Counted from the first letter of the stretch, positions 49,316 to 58,751 are shown. The stretch is 64,000 nt of DNA from Qingshengfaniella sp. (GCA_047971485.1 JBKDZR010000043.1:163-64162), one strand, 5' to 3'. Numbers and translations are program-made. The notes: a model not told the origin generated them from the sequence alone.

Positions 49316-52008
49316 TGCTGCCCTTCAACCTGCTTGTCGTGGTGTGCCTGGCCTATGCGGTGCTGTTGTTCGGCATCGCCTTTGCGGTTGAACGCCGGGC
49401 GCAGCGCGGGGCGGCAGGCTGGCTGTGCTCGCCCTGGATCTACACCCTGTCCCTGTCGATCTATTGCACGGCCTGGACCTTTTATGGCGCGGTTGGCTAT
49501 GCGGCGCGGTCTGGCCTGGAATATCTGACGATCTATATCGGGCCTGTTCTGGTCCTGGTCGGCTGGATCTGGATCGTGCGCAAGCTGGTGCATGTGGGAC
49601 GGGCGCAGCGCATCACCTCGGTCGCCGATCTGATTTCGGCGCGCTATGGGAAATCGGCCGTTCTGGGCGGGTTGGTGACCCTGATGGCGGTGGTTGGCAT
49701 GACCCCCTATATTGCCCTGCAGTTGCAATCCGTCACCCTGTCCTTCGGGGCCTTTGCCCATGGGCCGGTCGAACCCGGGCCGGAAACCATCCCGGGCAAT
49801 ACGGCGTTGTGGGTTGCGATCGGGCTGGCGATCTTCAGCATCCTGTTCGGGACGCGCAATCTGGATGCCAATGAACGGCATCATGGGGTGGTCATTGCCA
49901 TTGCGATCGAAGCCCTGGTCAAGCTGGCTGCGCTTGTTGCCGTTGGTGTCTTCGTCGTCTGGGGGCTGGGCCAGGGGCCGGCGGCCATGCTGGCGCGGAT
50001 CGACGCCTCGCCCATTGCCGCAATTCCCAGTGACAGCAGCCGCTGGATGACGCTGATCTTCGTGTCGGCGGCGGCCTTTCTGTGCCTGCCGCGGATGTTT
50101 CAGGTACTGGTCGTCGAGAATGACGATCAGCGGCATCTGATGACCGCCTCCTGGGCGTTTCCGCTGTACCTTGCCGCGATGAGCCTGTTTGTCGTGCCGA
50201 TTGCCGTCATCGGTCTGGATCTTTTGCCCGAGGGCAGCAACCCGGATCTGTTCGTGCTGAGCCTGCCTTTGGCCATGGATCGCGATGCGCTGGCCATGCT
50301 GGTGTTTCTGGGCGGGTTTTCCTCGGCCACCTCCATGGTGGTGGTTGCGGCCATTGCCCTGTCGACGATGATGTCGAACCATATCGTGATGCCGGTTTGG
50401 CTGGCGGCACAGGGCCGGGGCCGCCGCATGTCCGGCGATGTCCGCCATGTGGTGATCGTTTCGCGCCGCCTGTCGATCGCGGCGGTCATGGCGTTTGGCT
50501 ATGTCTATTATGACTTTTCCAGCGAAGGGACCGCGCTGTCCGCCATCGGGACGATCAGCTTCGTCGCGGTGGCCCAGGCCTTGCCCGCGCTGATGGGGGC
50601 GATCTTTTGGCGGGGGGCGACACGGGTCGGGGCCGGGCTGGGGCTGTCGATCGGGTTCGGCCTGTGGCTGTACACGTTATTCCTGCCCAGTTTCGGTGCA
50701 GATGTCCTGATCCCCCGGGAGATCCTGACCGAAGGCCCCTGGGGGCTGGGCTGGTTGCGCCCCCATGCCCTGTTCGGGTTGAGCGGGATCGACCCGGTGG
50801 TGCATTCGGTTCTGTGGAGCCTGAGCACCAACACCCTGGCCTTCGTGGTCGGGTCCATTTTCAGCCTGCCGACGCCCCTGGAACGCTTGCAGGGAGCGCA
50901 GTTCGTGAATGTCACCGATTACAGTGCCAGCCGGCGCGACTGGCGCGGGGGCGCGGCGGAAACCGAGGATCTGCTGGTCATGGCGCAGCGCATCCTTGGT
51001 CCGGCCGAAGCCCAGGCGCTGTTTCGCAAACAGGCCGAGGCCCAGGGGATTGCCGGGTATCTGCCGGATGCGACCCCCGGCTTTGTCGATCATCTGGAAC
51101 GACGCCTGGCCGGCTCGGTGGGCGCGGCGGCGGCCCATGCGATGGTTGGCCAGATCATGCGCGGGGCCGGGGTGACGGTTCAGGAACTTCTGGCAGTTGC
51201 CGATGAGACCGCGCAGATCATGGAATATTCCAGTCAACTCAAGGCGAAAGGCGATGAACTGGCCCGCACTGCCCGACAACTGCGTGAAGCGAATGAAAAA
51301 CTGACGGCGCTGTCTGTGCAAAAAGACGTGTTCCTGAACCAGATCAGTCATGAATTGCGCACGCCGATGACCTCGATCCGGGCCTTTTCCGAGATCCTGA
51401 TGGGGCAGGTGCCGGTCCCGGTTGCGGACCGGGTCCGCTATACCCGGATCATCCATGACGAGGCCTTGCGCCTGACCCGGCTGTTGGATGCCTTGCTGGA
51501 TCTGAGCGTTCTCGAACATGGCCATGTCCGCCCCGAGGTGGCGTGCGTGCCACTTTGCCAGGTGATCGACCGGGCGGTTGATGCCTCTTATGCGCAGGCG
51601 GGCCCGGCACGGTTGCGGATTCTGCGCGACAGGCCCTCCGAAGAGATCACCATCCTGACCGATTTCGACCGTTTGAGCCAGGTTTTCATCAATCTGATCG
51701 CCAACGCGCGCAAGTATTGTGACGCCGCCGATCCACGCCTCGATATCCGGGTCGAATCCGGGGTGCAGGGCGTAACAGTCGATTTCATTGACAATGGCAG
51801 TGGTATTGCCCTGAGCCAACATAACCTGATCTTCGAAAAATTTTCCCGGCTCAATGAGAACAGCCGGGCTGGGGGGGCCGGGCTGGGCTTGGCAATCTGC
51901 CGTGAAATCATGGAAAAACTGGGGGGAACGGTCAGCTATCTGCCTGGCCAGTCGGGCGGGGCCTTTCGTGTCAGCCTGCCGGCAGACGCGGTGCAGGATC
52001 TGGTATGA
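49315..52008 (+). CDS. sensor histidine kinase with N-terminal sodium:solute symporter (SLC5/SSS) domain (CbrA/CrbS architecture, no PAS, no receiver)
   Basis: AAGGAGAGG lies before the ATG. Roughly 13 hydrophobic segments, then a STAC-like linker (EDLLVMAQRILGPAEAQALF), a coiled coil, H-box ISHELRTPMTSIRAFSEIL, N-box INLIANARKY, and G-boxes DNGSGI and GAGLGLAICREI. Confidence 0.9.
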   Translation: MLPFNLLVVVCLAYAVLLFGIAFAVERRAQRGAAGWLCSPWIYTLSLSIYCTAWTFYGAVGYAARSGLEYLTIYIGPVLVLVGWIWIVRKLVHVGRAQRITSVADLISARYGKSAVLGGLVTLMAVVGMTPYIALQLQSVTLSFGAFAHGPVEPGPETIPGNTALWVAIGLAIFSILFGTRNLDANERHHGVVIAIAIEALVKLAALVAVGVFVVWGLGQGPAAMLARIDASPIAAIPSDSSRWMTLIFVSAAAFLCLPRMFQVLVVENDDQRHLMTASWAFPLYLAAMSLFVVPIAVIGLDLLPEGSNPDLFVLSLPLAMDRDALAMLVFLGGFSSATSMVVVAAIALSTMMSNHIVMPVWLAAQGRGRRMSGDVRHVVIVSRRLSIAAVMAFGYVYYDFSSEGTALSAIGTISFVAVAQALPALMGAIFWRGATRVGAGLGLSIGFGLWLYTLFLPSFGADVLIPREILTEGPWGLGWLRPHALFGLSGIDPVVHSVLWSLSTNTLAFVVGSIFSLPTPLERLQGAQFVNVTDYSASRRDWRGGAAETEDLLVMAQRILGPAEAQALFRKQAEAQGIAGYLPDATPGFVDHLERRLAGSVGAAAAHAMVGQIMRGAGVTVQELLAVADETAQIMEYSSQLKAKGDELARTARQLREANEKLTALSVQKDVFLNQISHELRTPMTSIRAFSEILMGQVPVPVADRVRYTRIIHDEALRLTRLLDALLDLSVLEHGHVRPEVACVPLCQVIDRAVDASYAQAGPARLRILRDRPSEEITILTDFDRLSQVFINLIANARKYCDAADPRLDIRVESGVQGVTVDFIDNGSGIALSQHNLIFEKFSRLNENSRAGGAGLGLAICREIMEKLGGTVSYLPGQSGGAFRVSLPADAVQDLV

Positions 52009-52064
52009 TGTTCAGGACTTCGTAACCCTGATCAGCCAAAGTCGGGGGATCCGAGAGCAGGCGA

Positions 52065-53057
52065 ATGGCGATCATGGCGCATTTGGAAAACACAGTTCTA
52101 CGCCGCAAGCTGGCGCATGACCGGCCCGATGATCCGGCGCGGCCAACGCCCGGTCGGGCCTTTCGTCAGGCGGTCACCCAGGCTGCCTTGCGCAACCTGA
52201 AACTGACGGTTTCAGCCGCGAAATTGGCCGAGACGCCACTGGCGGTGGAACAAATCCCGCCATTGCTGCCAGATAATGCCCTGTGTTTCGTCCTCGATGG
52301 GCCGGGGGACCGGCGGGGCGTGGTGATGCTTGATTCGGAAGGGTTGGCCAGTGTCGTGCAGGCCCTGACCACAGGTTTTGAGGGGGCCGAGCCGCCAGTG
52401 CGCGCACCGACCGCAACGGATGCAGAACTTTGCCGGCGCTTTCTGGCCGAATTCGTGTCCGGTTTTTCCAAGCGCCTGATCGGACATCCGGCCGAACCTC
52501 TGGTGCGGGGGCTTGTGCCGGGGCGTGCGCTGCGGATGATGCGGATGGTGACCAATGCGCTGACCGAAGGCCGCTATCGCGGGTTCACCGCAAAGCTGAA
52601 TTTCGCTGACGGGGCGGCATCGGGGCAGTTGTTTCTGGCCGTGCCTTGGGAAACCCCCGCACCGACCGGCAGCCTTGATGGGGCTGATGACGTGACGGGA
52701 TGGGACCAGCGGCTGGAAGCGCGGGTTCTGGCCAGTCATGTGGATCTGGATGCGGTTCTTGGCCGGCTGGTCTTGCCCTTGTCGAAGGTCGCCGGGTTGA
52801 AGGTCGGTGATCTGGTGACCTTGCCCTATCGCGCGCTGTCCGAACTGGTACTGGAGGCGCCCGATGGCACCACGGCGGGGCTGTGGCGGCTTGGCCAGGC
52901 CGAAGGCTGCCGCGCGATCAGGCTGTTGGCCGAGACGGCGGTCCCCGAGGATCTGGATGATGATGTCCAGGTGGATCCGGCAACGGGCGAGGCCCGGACC
53001 ACAGCCGCGCCGGAGGACATGGCGATGACGGCCCGGGTGTTGCCCGCTGCTGAATAG
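52065..53057 (+). CDS. FliM/FliN (SpoA) C-terminal-domain protein, FliM-like, orphan
   Basis: 330 aa. The C-terminal LDAVLGRLVLPLSKVAGLKVGDLVTLPYRALSELVLEAPDGTTAGLWRLGQAEGCRAIRL fits the SpoA/FliMN_C pattern. No other flagellar gene is in the window. Confidence 0.65.
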   Translation: MAIMAHLENTVLRRKLAHDRPDDPARPTPGRAFRQAVTQAALRNLKLTVSAAKLAETPLAVEQIPPLLPDNALCFVLDGPGDRRGVVMLDSEGLASVVQALTTGFEGAEPPVRAPTATDAELCRRFLAEFVSGFSKRLIGHPAEPLVRGLVPGRALRMMRMVTNALTEGRYRGFTAKLNFADGAASGQLFLAVPWETPAPTGSLDGADDVTGWDQRLEARVLASHVDLDAVLGRLVLPLSKVAGLKVGDLVTLPYRALSELVLEAPDGTTAGLWRLGQAEGCRAIRLLAETAVPEDLDDDVQVDPATGEARTTAAPEDMAMTARVLPAAE

Positions 53058-53150
53058 CGCATACTTGCGTGGAAAGCGGATCCTGGCTTTGGGTGTCGAC
53101 AAAAACGCCCAACCCGGAACAAGAGCCATAGACCCGTTGTGGCAGTTGTG

Positions 53151-53579
53151 TCAGCCGGCGGCGGCGAAAGATTCAAACTGCGGTCGCAGCGGTTCGTGAT
53201 GATAACCGGCGGCGGTGGTTGCCGCCAGCACGGCATCCACGCCCAATGTGCCGGCCATCAGAAACGACCATACGATTGAGGATCGGTTTCCCGAGGCACA
53301 ATAGGCGAGAACCGGTCCGCTTGATGCAGAGACCGCTTCGGCCTGAACGTGCAGATTTGCTTCGGACAAGGCGCCGGGCTGAACCGGATTTTCGATGAAG
53401 GTTAGGTCCGCCGCCTCGGCCGCCATGCGCAGGGCCTGGGCATGAAGGGCGGCCGGAATCTCGTTGTCCGGCCGGTTGCAGATGACCGTGGTAAAGCCGG
53501 CAGCCTTCAGCGCGGCCATGTCCTGTGGCGCGATCTGGGGCGAAACGGCATAGTCTGGAGAAAGCGGTTTGATATCCAT
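53151..53579 (-). CDS. TIGR01244/DUF442-family phosphatase-fold protein (sulfur-metabolism associated)
   Basis: MDIKPLSPDYAVSPQIAPQDMAALKAAGFTTVICNRPDNE...VLAYCASGNRSS (Cys-X5-R/S-like loop). Confidence 0.75.
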   Translation of the reverse strand: MDIKPLSPDYAVSPQIAPQDMAALKAAGFTTVICNRPDNEIPAALHAQALRMAAEAADLTFIENPVQPGALSEANLHVQAEAVSASSGPVLAYCASGNRSSIVWSFLMAGTLGVDAVLAATTAAGYHHEPLRPQFESFAAAG

Positions 53580-53640
53580 AGGTCCCGCAGTAGGCCTTTT
53601 GCGCCGTGCCGTCCAGATCCCACTGGGCAGGCACGGGCGG

Positions 53641-53856
53641 CTATCCCAACATGATCCCTGCAACCACGCCCATCAGCCCCAGCGCCGAGACCAGCAGGGC
53701 CACCAGGTTCAGCGTGATCACCCGTCTCAGCCGTTCGCGCAGTTCCGCATCGCCGAGCCCGGCGCGCTTGGCCCGGGCCGCGATGATGATACAGGCGATC
53801 AATCCCGCTACCCCGATCAGGGACAGCCCTGCGCCACTGAAGATCAATACATCCAT
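53641..53856 (-). CDS. small (71 aa) two-helix membrane protein, hypothetical
   Basis: GAAGGG upstream of ATG 53856. MDVLIFSGAGLSLIGVAGLIACIIIAARAKRAG...LNLVALLVSALGLMGVVAGIMLG. Confidence 0.4.
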   Translation of the reverse strand: MDVLIFSGAGLSLIGVAGLIACIIIAARAKRAGLGDAELRERLRRVITLNLVALLVSALGLMGVVAGIMLG

Positions 53857-54073
53857 TTTCGGCCCTTCGTCGGGAACGGCCCAGGCAGATATCCGTGAGA
53901 TTTCCATGAACACGCCTGGGGGCGTTTGGTTTAGGCTGGGGGATCCGAAAGCCGGCATTCCCGTTTCGGAGGCCGTGCTTAGTCCGTGCCCTGGGCTTGG
54001 GCAAGGGGGAACACGGCTTGCCCGCGCCTTCGGGTCTTTGTAGACCCTCCGGGTTGTCAGAGCAGGAGAGACC

Positions 54074-54343
54074 ATGCAGGACATGACCGGCGCGTCCGCC
54101 CCCAACAGTTATCACGTCACCGCCGATGAACTGCGCCAGTTCGTTGAACGCTTTGAACGTCTGGAGGCCGAAAAGCAGGAAATCGCGGGCCAGCAGAAAG
54201 AGGTCATGGCCGAAGCCAAGGGCCGTGGCTATGACGTCAAGGTGATGCGCAAGATCATCGCGCTGCGCAAACGTGACCGCGACGATCTGGCCGAGGAAGA
54301 GGCGATCCTCGAACTTTACAAGGAAGCGCTGAACATGACGTGA
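54074..54343 (+). CDS. gapR: GapR-family nucleoid-associated protein (DUF2312/UPF0335)
   Basis: LRQFVERFERLEAEKQEIAGQQKEVMAEAKGRGYDVKVMRKIIALRKRDRDDLAEEEAILELY closely parallels Caulobacter GapR. Confidence 0.9.
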   Translation: MQDMTGASAPNSYHVTADELRQFVERFERLEAEKQEIAGQQKEVMAEAKGRGYDVKVMRKIIALRKRDRDDLAEEEAILELYKEALNMT

Positions 54344-54462
54344 CCCGGTGGCCCCGATCTGCGCCTCGGATGGGGGCCGCAGGCGGGCGTCGCATCCGGG
54401 GTCGGCCCACCACCGGCCTGCCGCTTGTCGCGACACCCTGTGAAAGCAAGGCGATGTTGGGA

Positions 54463-54539
54463 TGGTAGGCCCGGAGGGACTCGAACCCCCAACCAAAGCG
54501 TTATGAGCGCTCTGCTCTAACCAATTGAGCTACAGGCCC
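54463..54539 (-). tRNA. tRNA with CAU anticodon (elongator Met or, more likely, Ile2/lysidine type); CCA encoded
   Basis: Reverse complement: GGGCCTGTAGCTCAATTGGTTAGAGCAGAGCGCTCATAACGCTTTGGTTGGGGGTTCGAGTCCCTCCGGGCCTACCA. It gives a cloverleaf with anticodon loop CTCATAA. It lacks initiator features (no GGG/CCC anticodon stem, no C1xA72). Confidence 0.9.
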
Positions 54540-54660
54540 GCCGTCCTTGGCATTAGCAGAACCAAAAGGGGGGTCAAGGGTGCGGCATGGGCCGTTGCCC
54601 TGCGCATCCAGATCGACTAGGCACCTGCCAACCCTTACTCCCCGCGAAGGACCAGATAAG

Positions 54661-55704
54661 ATGGCCGAGAAGACCAAGCTGACCTATGCCGACAGCGGTG
54701 TTGATATCGATGCTGGCAATGCGCTGGTTGAACGGATCAAGCCGGCCGCCCGGGCAACGAACCGTCCGGGGGTCATGGCCGGTCTTGGCGGGTTTGGTGC
54801 GTTGTTCGATCTCAAGGCGGCGGGTTATGTCGATCCGGTTTTGGTTGCGGCCACGGATGGGGTGGGCACCAAGCTGCGCATTGCCATTGATACCGGGCAG
54901 TTGGACGGGATCGGGATTGATCTGGTCGCCATGTGCGTCAACGATCTGGTCTGTCAGGGGGCTGAGCCGCTGTTTTTCCTGGATTACTTCGCTACCGGTA
55001 AGCTGTCTGTTGATGAAGGCGCCCGGGTGGTCGAGGGCATCGCCGAAGGCTGCGCCCGGGCCGGGGCTGCCCTGATCGGCGGGGAGACAGCGGAAATGCC
55101 GGGCATGTACGGCCCCGGGGATTTCGATCTGGCGGGATTTGCCGTGGGGGCGATGGAACGCGGACGGGCGTTGCCCGCGGATGTGGCTGCGGGGGATGTT
55201 CTGCTGGGGCTGGCCTCGGATGGGGTGCATTCCAACGGCTATTCGCTGGTGCGCAAGGTGGCCGATCTGGCCGGTCTTGGCTGGGAGGCGCCGGCCCCGT
55301 TTGCCGATGACACGTTGGGGGCGGCCCTGCTGACCCCGACACGCCTTTATGTCAAACCTGCGCTGGCCGCGATCCGGGCCGGGGGCGTCCACGCCCTGGC
55401 CCATATCACCGGGGGCGGGCTGACGGAAAACCTGCCCCGGGTTTTGCCCGACGAACTGGGCGCAGAGATCGACCTGAACGCCTGGGTCCTGCCGCCGGTC
55501 TTTCGCTGGCTGGCCGAAACCGCGGGGATTGAGACGGCAGAGATGCTCAAGACCTTCAATTCCGGGATCGGCATGATCCTGGTGTGCGCCGCTGACCGGG
55601 CCGATGCGCTGGCCGCGATCCTGACCGAGGCCGGTGAAACGGTACATCGGATCGGACAGGTGGTTCCGGGGCAGGGGGTACGCTATCGCGGCACGTTGTC
55701 GTGA
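54661..55704 (+). CDS. purM: phosphoribosylformylglycinamidine cyclo-ligase (AIR synthetase)
   Basis: [40 protein letters not shown]. Confidence 0.97.
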   Translation: MAEKTKLTYADSGVDIDAGNALVERIKPAARATNRPGVMAGLGGFGALFDLKAAGYVDPVLVAATDGVGTKLRIAIDTGQLDGIGIDLVAMCVNDLVCQGAEPLFFLDYFATGKLSVDEGARVVEGIAEGCARAGAALIGGETAEMPGMYGPGDFDLAGFAVGAMERGRALPADVAAGDVLLGLASDGVHSNGYSLVRKVADLAGLGWEAPAPFADDTLGAALLTPTRLYVKPALAAIRAGGVHALAHITGGGLTENLPRVLPDELGAEIDLNAWVLPPVFRWLAETAGIETAEMLKTFNSGIGMILVCAADRADALAAILTEAGETVHRIGQVVPGQGVRYRGTLS

Positions 55705-56291
55705 AACGGGTCGCGATCCTTGTTTCGGGGGGCGGATCGAACATGGTCGCCTTGGCCGACAGCATGATCGGGGACCATCCGGCCCGCCCCGCGCTGGTCC
55801 TGTCGAATCGCGCCGATGCGGGAGGATTGGCGCGGGCGGCCGAGCGGGGCATCGCGACAGCGGTGGTCGATCATCGGGGCTTTGGCGGCGACCGGGCGGG
55901 CTTTGAGACGGCGCTGTCTGCGGAACTGGAAAAGGCGGCTGCCGACATCGTCTGTCTGGCCGGTTTCATGCGGATCCTGACCCAAGGCTTTGTCGGGCGC
56001 TGGCAGGGGAGGATGCTGAACATTCACCCCTCCTTGTTGCCCGCCTATCGCGGGCTGGAGACCCATGCCCGGGCGCTGGCCGCGGGCGAGCAGATCCATG
56101 GCTGCACCGTGCACGAAGTGACCGCCGCGCTGGATGACGGCCCGATTCTGGGGCAGGCGCGGGTGCCAGTCCGGCCCGGGGATACGCCGGCGATCCTGGC
56201 CGCGCGGGTGCTGGAGATGGAACACCGGCTTTACCCGGCGGTCCTGCGCCGATTTGCAACAGGTGACCGGCGTCCTGTTCTGCTGGGCTGA
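55701..56291 (+). CDS. purN: phosphoribosylglycinamide formyltransferase
   Basis: GTG overlaps the pur[36 protein letters not shown]. Confidence 0.95.
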   Translation: MKRVAILVSGGGSNMVALADSMIGDHPARPALVLSNRADAGGLARAAERGIATAVVDHRGFGGDRAGFETALSAELEKAAADIVCLAGFMRILTQGFVGRWQGRMLNIHPSLLPAYRGLETHARALAAGEQIHGCTVHEVTAALDDGPILGQARVPVRPGDTPAILAARVLEMEHRLYPAVLRRFATGDRRPVLLG

Positions 56292-56381
56292 GCAGCCTAT
56301 CAATTGCCGGGGAAAGCCGATAGACCGTCCTGATAATGCCCTCCGGGCGAGAAGATGTGACTATCAGGCCGATCCGATTAC

Positions 56382-57545
56382 ATGCGAACACTGACGACGA
56401 CCGAGGCGCTGGCCGAGTTCTGTGAAATGGCGCGGGCACATTCCTATGTGACGCTGGACACCGAGTTTTTGCGCGAACGGACCTATTACTCGAAACTCTG
56501 CCTGATCCAGATGGCCTTTCCCGGCGGAGATGAGGACAGTGCCGTTCTGATTGATCCTCTGGCCGGGGACATGTCCTTGGCGCCGCTGTATGATCTGTTC
56601 CGCGACACATCGGTGGTCAAGGTGTTTCATGCGGCCCGGCAGGATCTGGAAATCTTCTGGTTTGATGGCCAGGTCTTTCCCCAACCACTGTTCGATACCC
56701 AGGTCGCGGCCATGGTCTGCGGGTTCGGCGAACAGGTTGGCTATGAAACCCTGGTCAAGAAACTGGTTGGGCAGCCGCTGGACAAGTCGTCACGCTTCAC
56801 GGATTGGAGCCGCCGGCCCCTGTCCGAGGCGCAAAAGACCTATGCCCTGGCCGATGTGACCCATTTGCGCCAGATTTATGAGACGCTGTCCGAAAGGATC
56901 GTGCAAACCGGGCGCCGCAAGTGGGTCGAAGAGGAAATCGAGGTGCTGACCACACCCGAAACCTACGAAGTACACCCGGAAGAGGCCTGGCGCCGGGTCA
57001 AGACCCGTACGAATTCGGGCAAGTTTCTGGCACAAGTGCAGGCGCTGGCCGAATTCCGCGAACGCTATGCCCGCGAAAAGGATGTGCCGCGTAGCCGGGT
57101 GTTCAAGGATGATGCGCTGATTGAACTGGCCTCGACCCGTCCGGGCAGCCCAGCCGATCTATCCCGATCGCGCTTGTTGCTGCGCGAGGCCCGCAAGGGC
57201 GAGATCGCCGAGGGGATTCTTGCGGCTGTGGCCAAGGCTGCGGCAATGGCACCCGAAGACATGCCGCGCGCGGAGAAGAAACGAGACAATGTAAACATAA
57301 ACAGTGCATTATCAGACCTTCTTCGTGTTCTTTTGAAGGCCAAGTCGGAAGCTGCCGGTGTTGCGCCGCGGTTGATTGCCAGTTCAGCCGATCTGGATCA
57401 TCTGGCTGCTGGCGGGCGCGATGTGCCGGCCCTGCGCGGTTGGCGCCACGAGGTGTTCGGTGCAGATGCGCTGCGGCTGTGTGCCGGTGAAATCGGGCTG
57501 GGGGCCCGGGACGGCCGGGTCAACATTATCCCGCTTGTCGCCTGA
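56382..57545 (+). CDS. rnd: ribonuclease D
   Basis: DEDD exonuclease motifs VTLDTEF, VKVFHAARQDLE and YALADVTHL, plus an HRDC region. Confidence 0.93.
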   Translation: MRTLTTTEALAEFCEMARAHSYVTLDTEFLRERTYYSKLCLIQMAFPGGDEDSAVLIDPLAGDMSLAPLYDLFRDTSVVKVFHAARQDLEIFWFDGQVFPQPLFDTQVAAMVCGFGEQVGYETLVKKLVGQPLDKSSRFTDWSRRPLSEAQKTYALADVTHLRQIYETLSERIVQTGRRKWVEEEIEVLTTPETYEVHPEEAWRRVKTRTNSGKFLAQVQALAEFRERYAREKDVPRSRVFKDDALIELASTRPGSPADLSRSRLLLREARKGEIAEGILAAVAKAAAMAPEDMPRAEKKRDNVNINSALSDLLRVLLKAKSEAAGVAPRLIASSADLDHLAAGGRDVPALRGWRHEVFGADALRLCAGEIGLGARDGRVNIIPLVA

Positions 57546-57572
57546 TCCTAGCGGCGTTTCAGGGAGATCACA

Positions 57573-58217
57573 GTGACGAAACCGGTTTCGGAAAGTCGCC
57601 GTATAGATATCATTCGCGGCGCCATGGCGGCATTGCGCAAGCAGGGGCTGGCCTACCCGTCCTATGATGCGATCGCCGATGAGGCGAACATGTCGCGCCA
57701 GTTGATCCGCCACTACTTTCCAGATGCCGAGGCGCTGATGGAAATGACCGGCCAGGCCCTTGCGATGGCCTATAAAGAGATCTTCGCCCAAGCCATTCTG
57801 GATACGGATGAAACGGAGCGTCTGCCGATGTTCCTGGATTTCTACTTTGATTTTCTGTCCGAGAAGGGGCTGCCAAAGCCCGCCGACGATGCGGTGTATG
57901 ATGCGTTGTTTGCCCTGGCCGCGCGGTCCGAAAAGGTCCGGGCGGAGCTGAAGGGGCAATACAGCCTTTTGCGCATGATCCTGGCCCATGAAATCCAGAT
58001 CAGCACGCGCTTGCCCCAACGTGCCTGTGAAGATCTGGCCTTTCTGGTGGTCAGCCTTATGTATGGCCACTGGAAGATGGTGGCGACGCTTGGCTTTGAC
58101 CGGGGGCTGAACCGTGTGTCACGCGATGCGGTGGATCGGCTGATCGCCTCTTACCGCGATCGTTATGAAGATCCGGATGAAGAGCCTGATGGACTGCCGC
58201 CCGAGGATGGGGCCTGA
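57573..58217 (+). CDS. TetR-family transcriptional regulator
   Basis: N-terminal HTH IIRGAMAALRKQGLAYPSYDAIADEANMSRQLIRHYF. GTG start after AGGGAG. Confidence 0.85.
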   Translation: MTKPVSESRRIDIIRGAMAALRKQGLAYPSYDAIADEANMSRQLIRHYFPDAEALMEMTGQALAMAYKEIFAQAILDTDETERLPMFLDFYFDFLSEKGLPKPADDAVYDALFALAARSEKVRAELKGQYSLLRMILAHEIQISTRLPQRACEDLAFLVVSLMYGHWKMVATLGFDRGLNRVSRDAVDRLIASYRDRYEDPDEEPDGLPPEDGA

Positions 58218-58283
58218 TCCTGAGGGTGCGGCCCACGGGGATTTACATGCATTTTGGCCGGCAATCCTTTGATAATGTATGTT

Positions 58284-58751
58284 TTATCGGCTGCGAGTCA
58301 GGCTGTTTCCGGCGCCTTCCACCGTGATCCGGCGGACACCATCCAGACGGATGGTCGAGACGAAACTGGCCACCTCGATCTCGCGCGATCTGGCTGGCCC
58401 GCGCAGGGTGGGGGTCAGTGGATCGTTCAGGCGGAAGGCGAAGCGCATGGTTCGGGGATCTGTTCCGTCCACGGGTACAAGCGCGGCGTCCCAGTAGCCC
58501 TGAAACGGTGGCACCCCCACGGCGCGGATGATCACCCCGCCCGAGACCGGTTCAATGGTCAGCCGGGTGACCTGGGCGACCAGGGGGCGGGTATCTTCGG
58601 CGGCGGGGGCATAGCCGCCCTCGGGTTCCAGGGTGGCCGCCGGCGCGGCCTCGCCGAACCAGGTAAAGGGATTGACGCGGCTATCGGACAGGCCCGAACA
58701 GCCGGCAAGGGGCAGGGCGATCAGAAGCAGAAGTGCCGGAAACGGGATCAT
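58284..58751 (-). CDS. lipoprotein, hypothetical
   Basis: Lipobox MIPFPALLLLIALPLAGC. 155 aa; no family recognised. Confidence 0.7.
   Translation of the reverse strand: MIPFPALLLLIALPLAGCSGLSDSRVNPFTWFGEAAPAATLEPEGGYAPAAEDTRPLVAQVTRLTIEPVSGGVIIRAVGVPPFQGYWDAALVPVDGTDPRTMRFAFRLNDPLTPTLRGPARSREIEVASFVSTIRLDGVRRITVEGAGNSLTRSR

Noticed and set aside
53507-54496. 329-aa minus-strand ORF spanning the small membrane gene, gapR (antisense) and running into the tRNA.
   Set aside because: It overlaps a tRNA gene and a strongly supported GapR gene on the other strand, and its product is low complexity.
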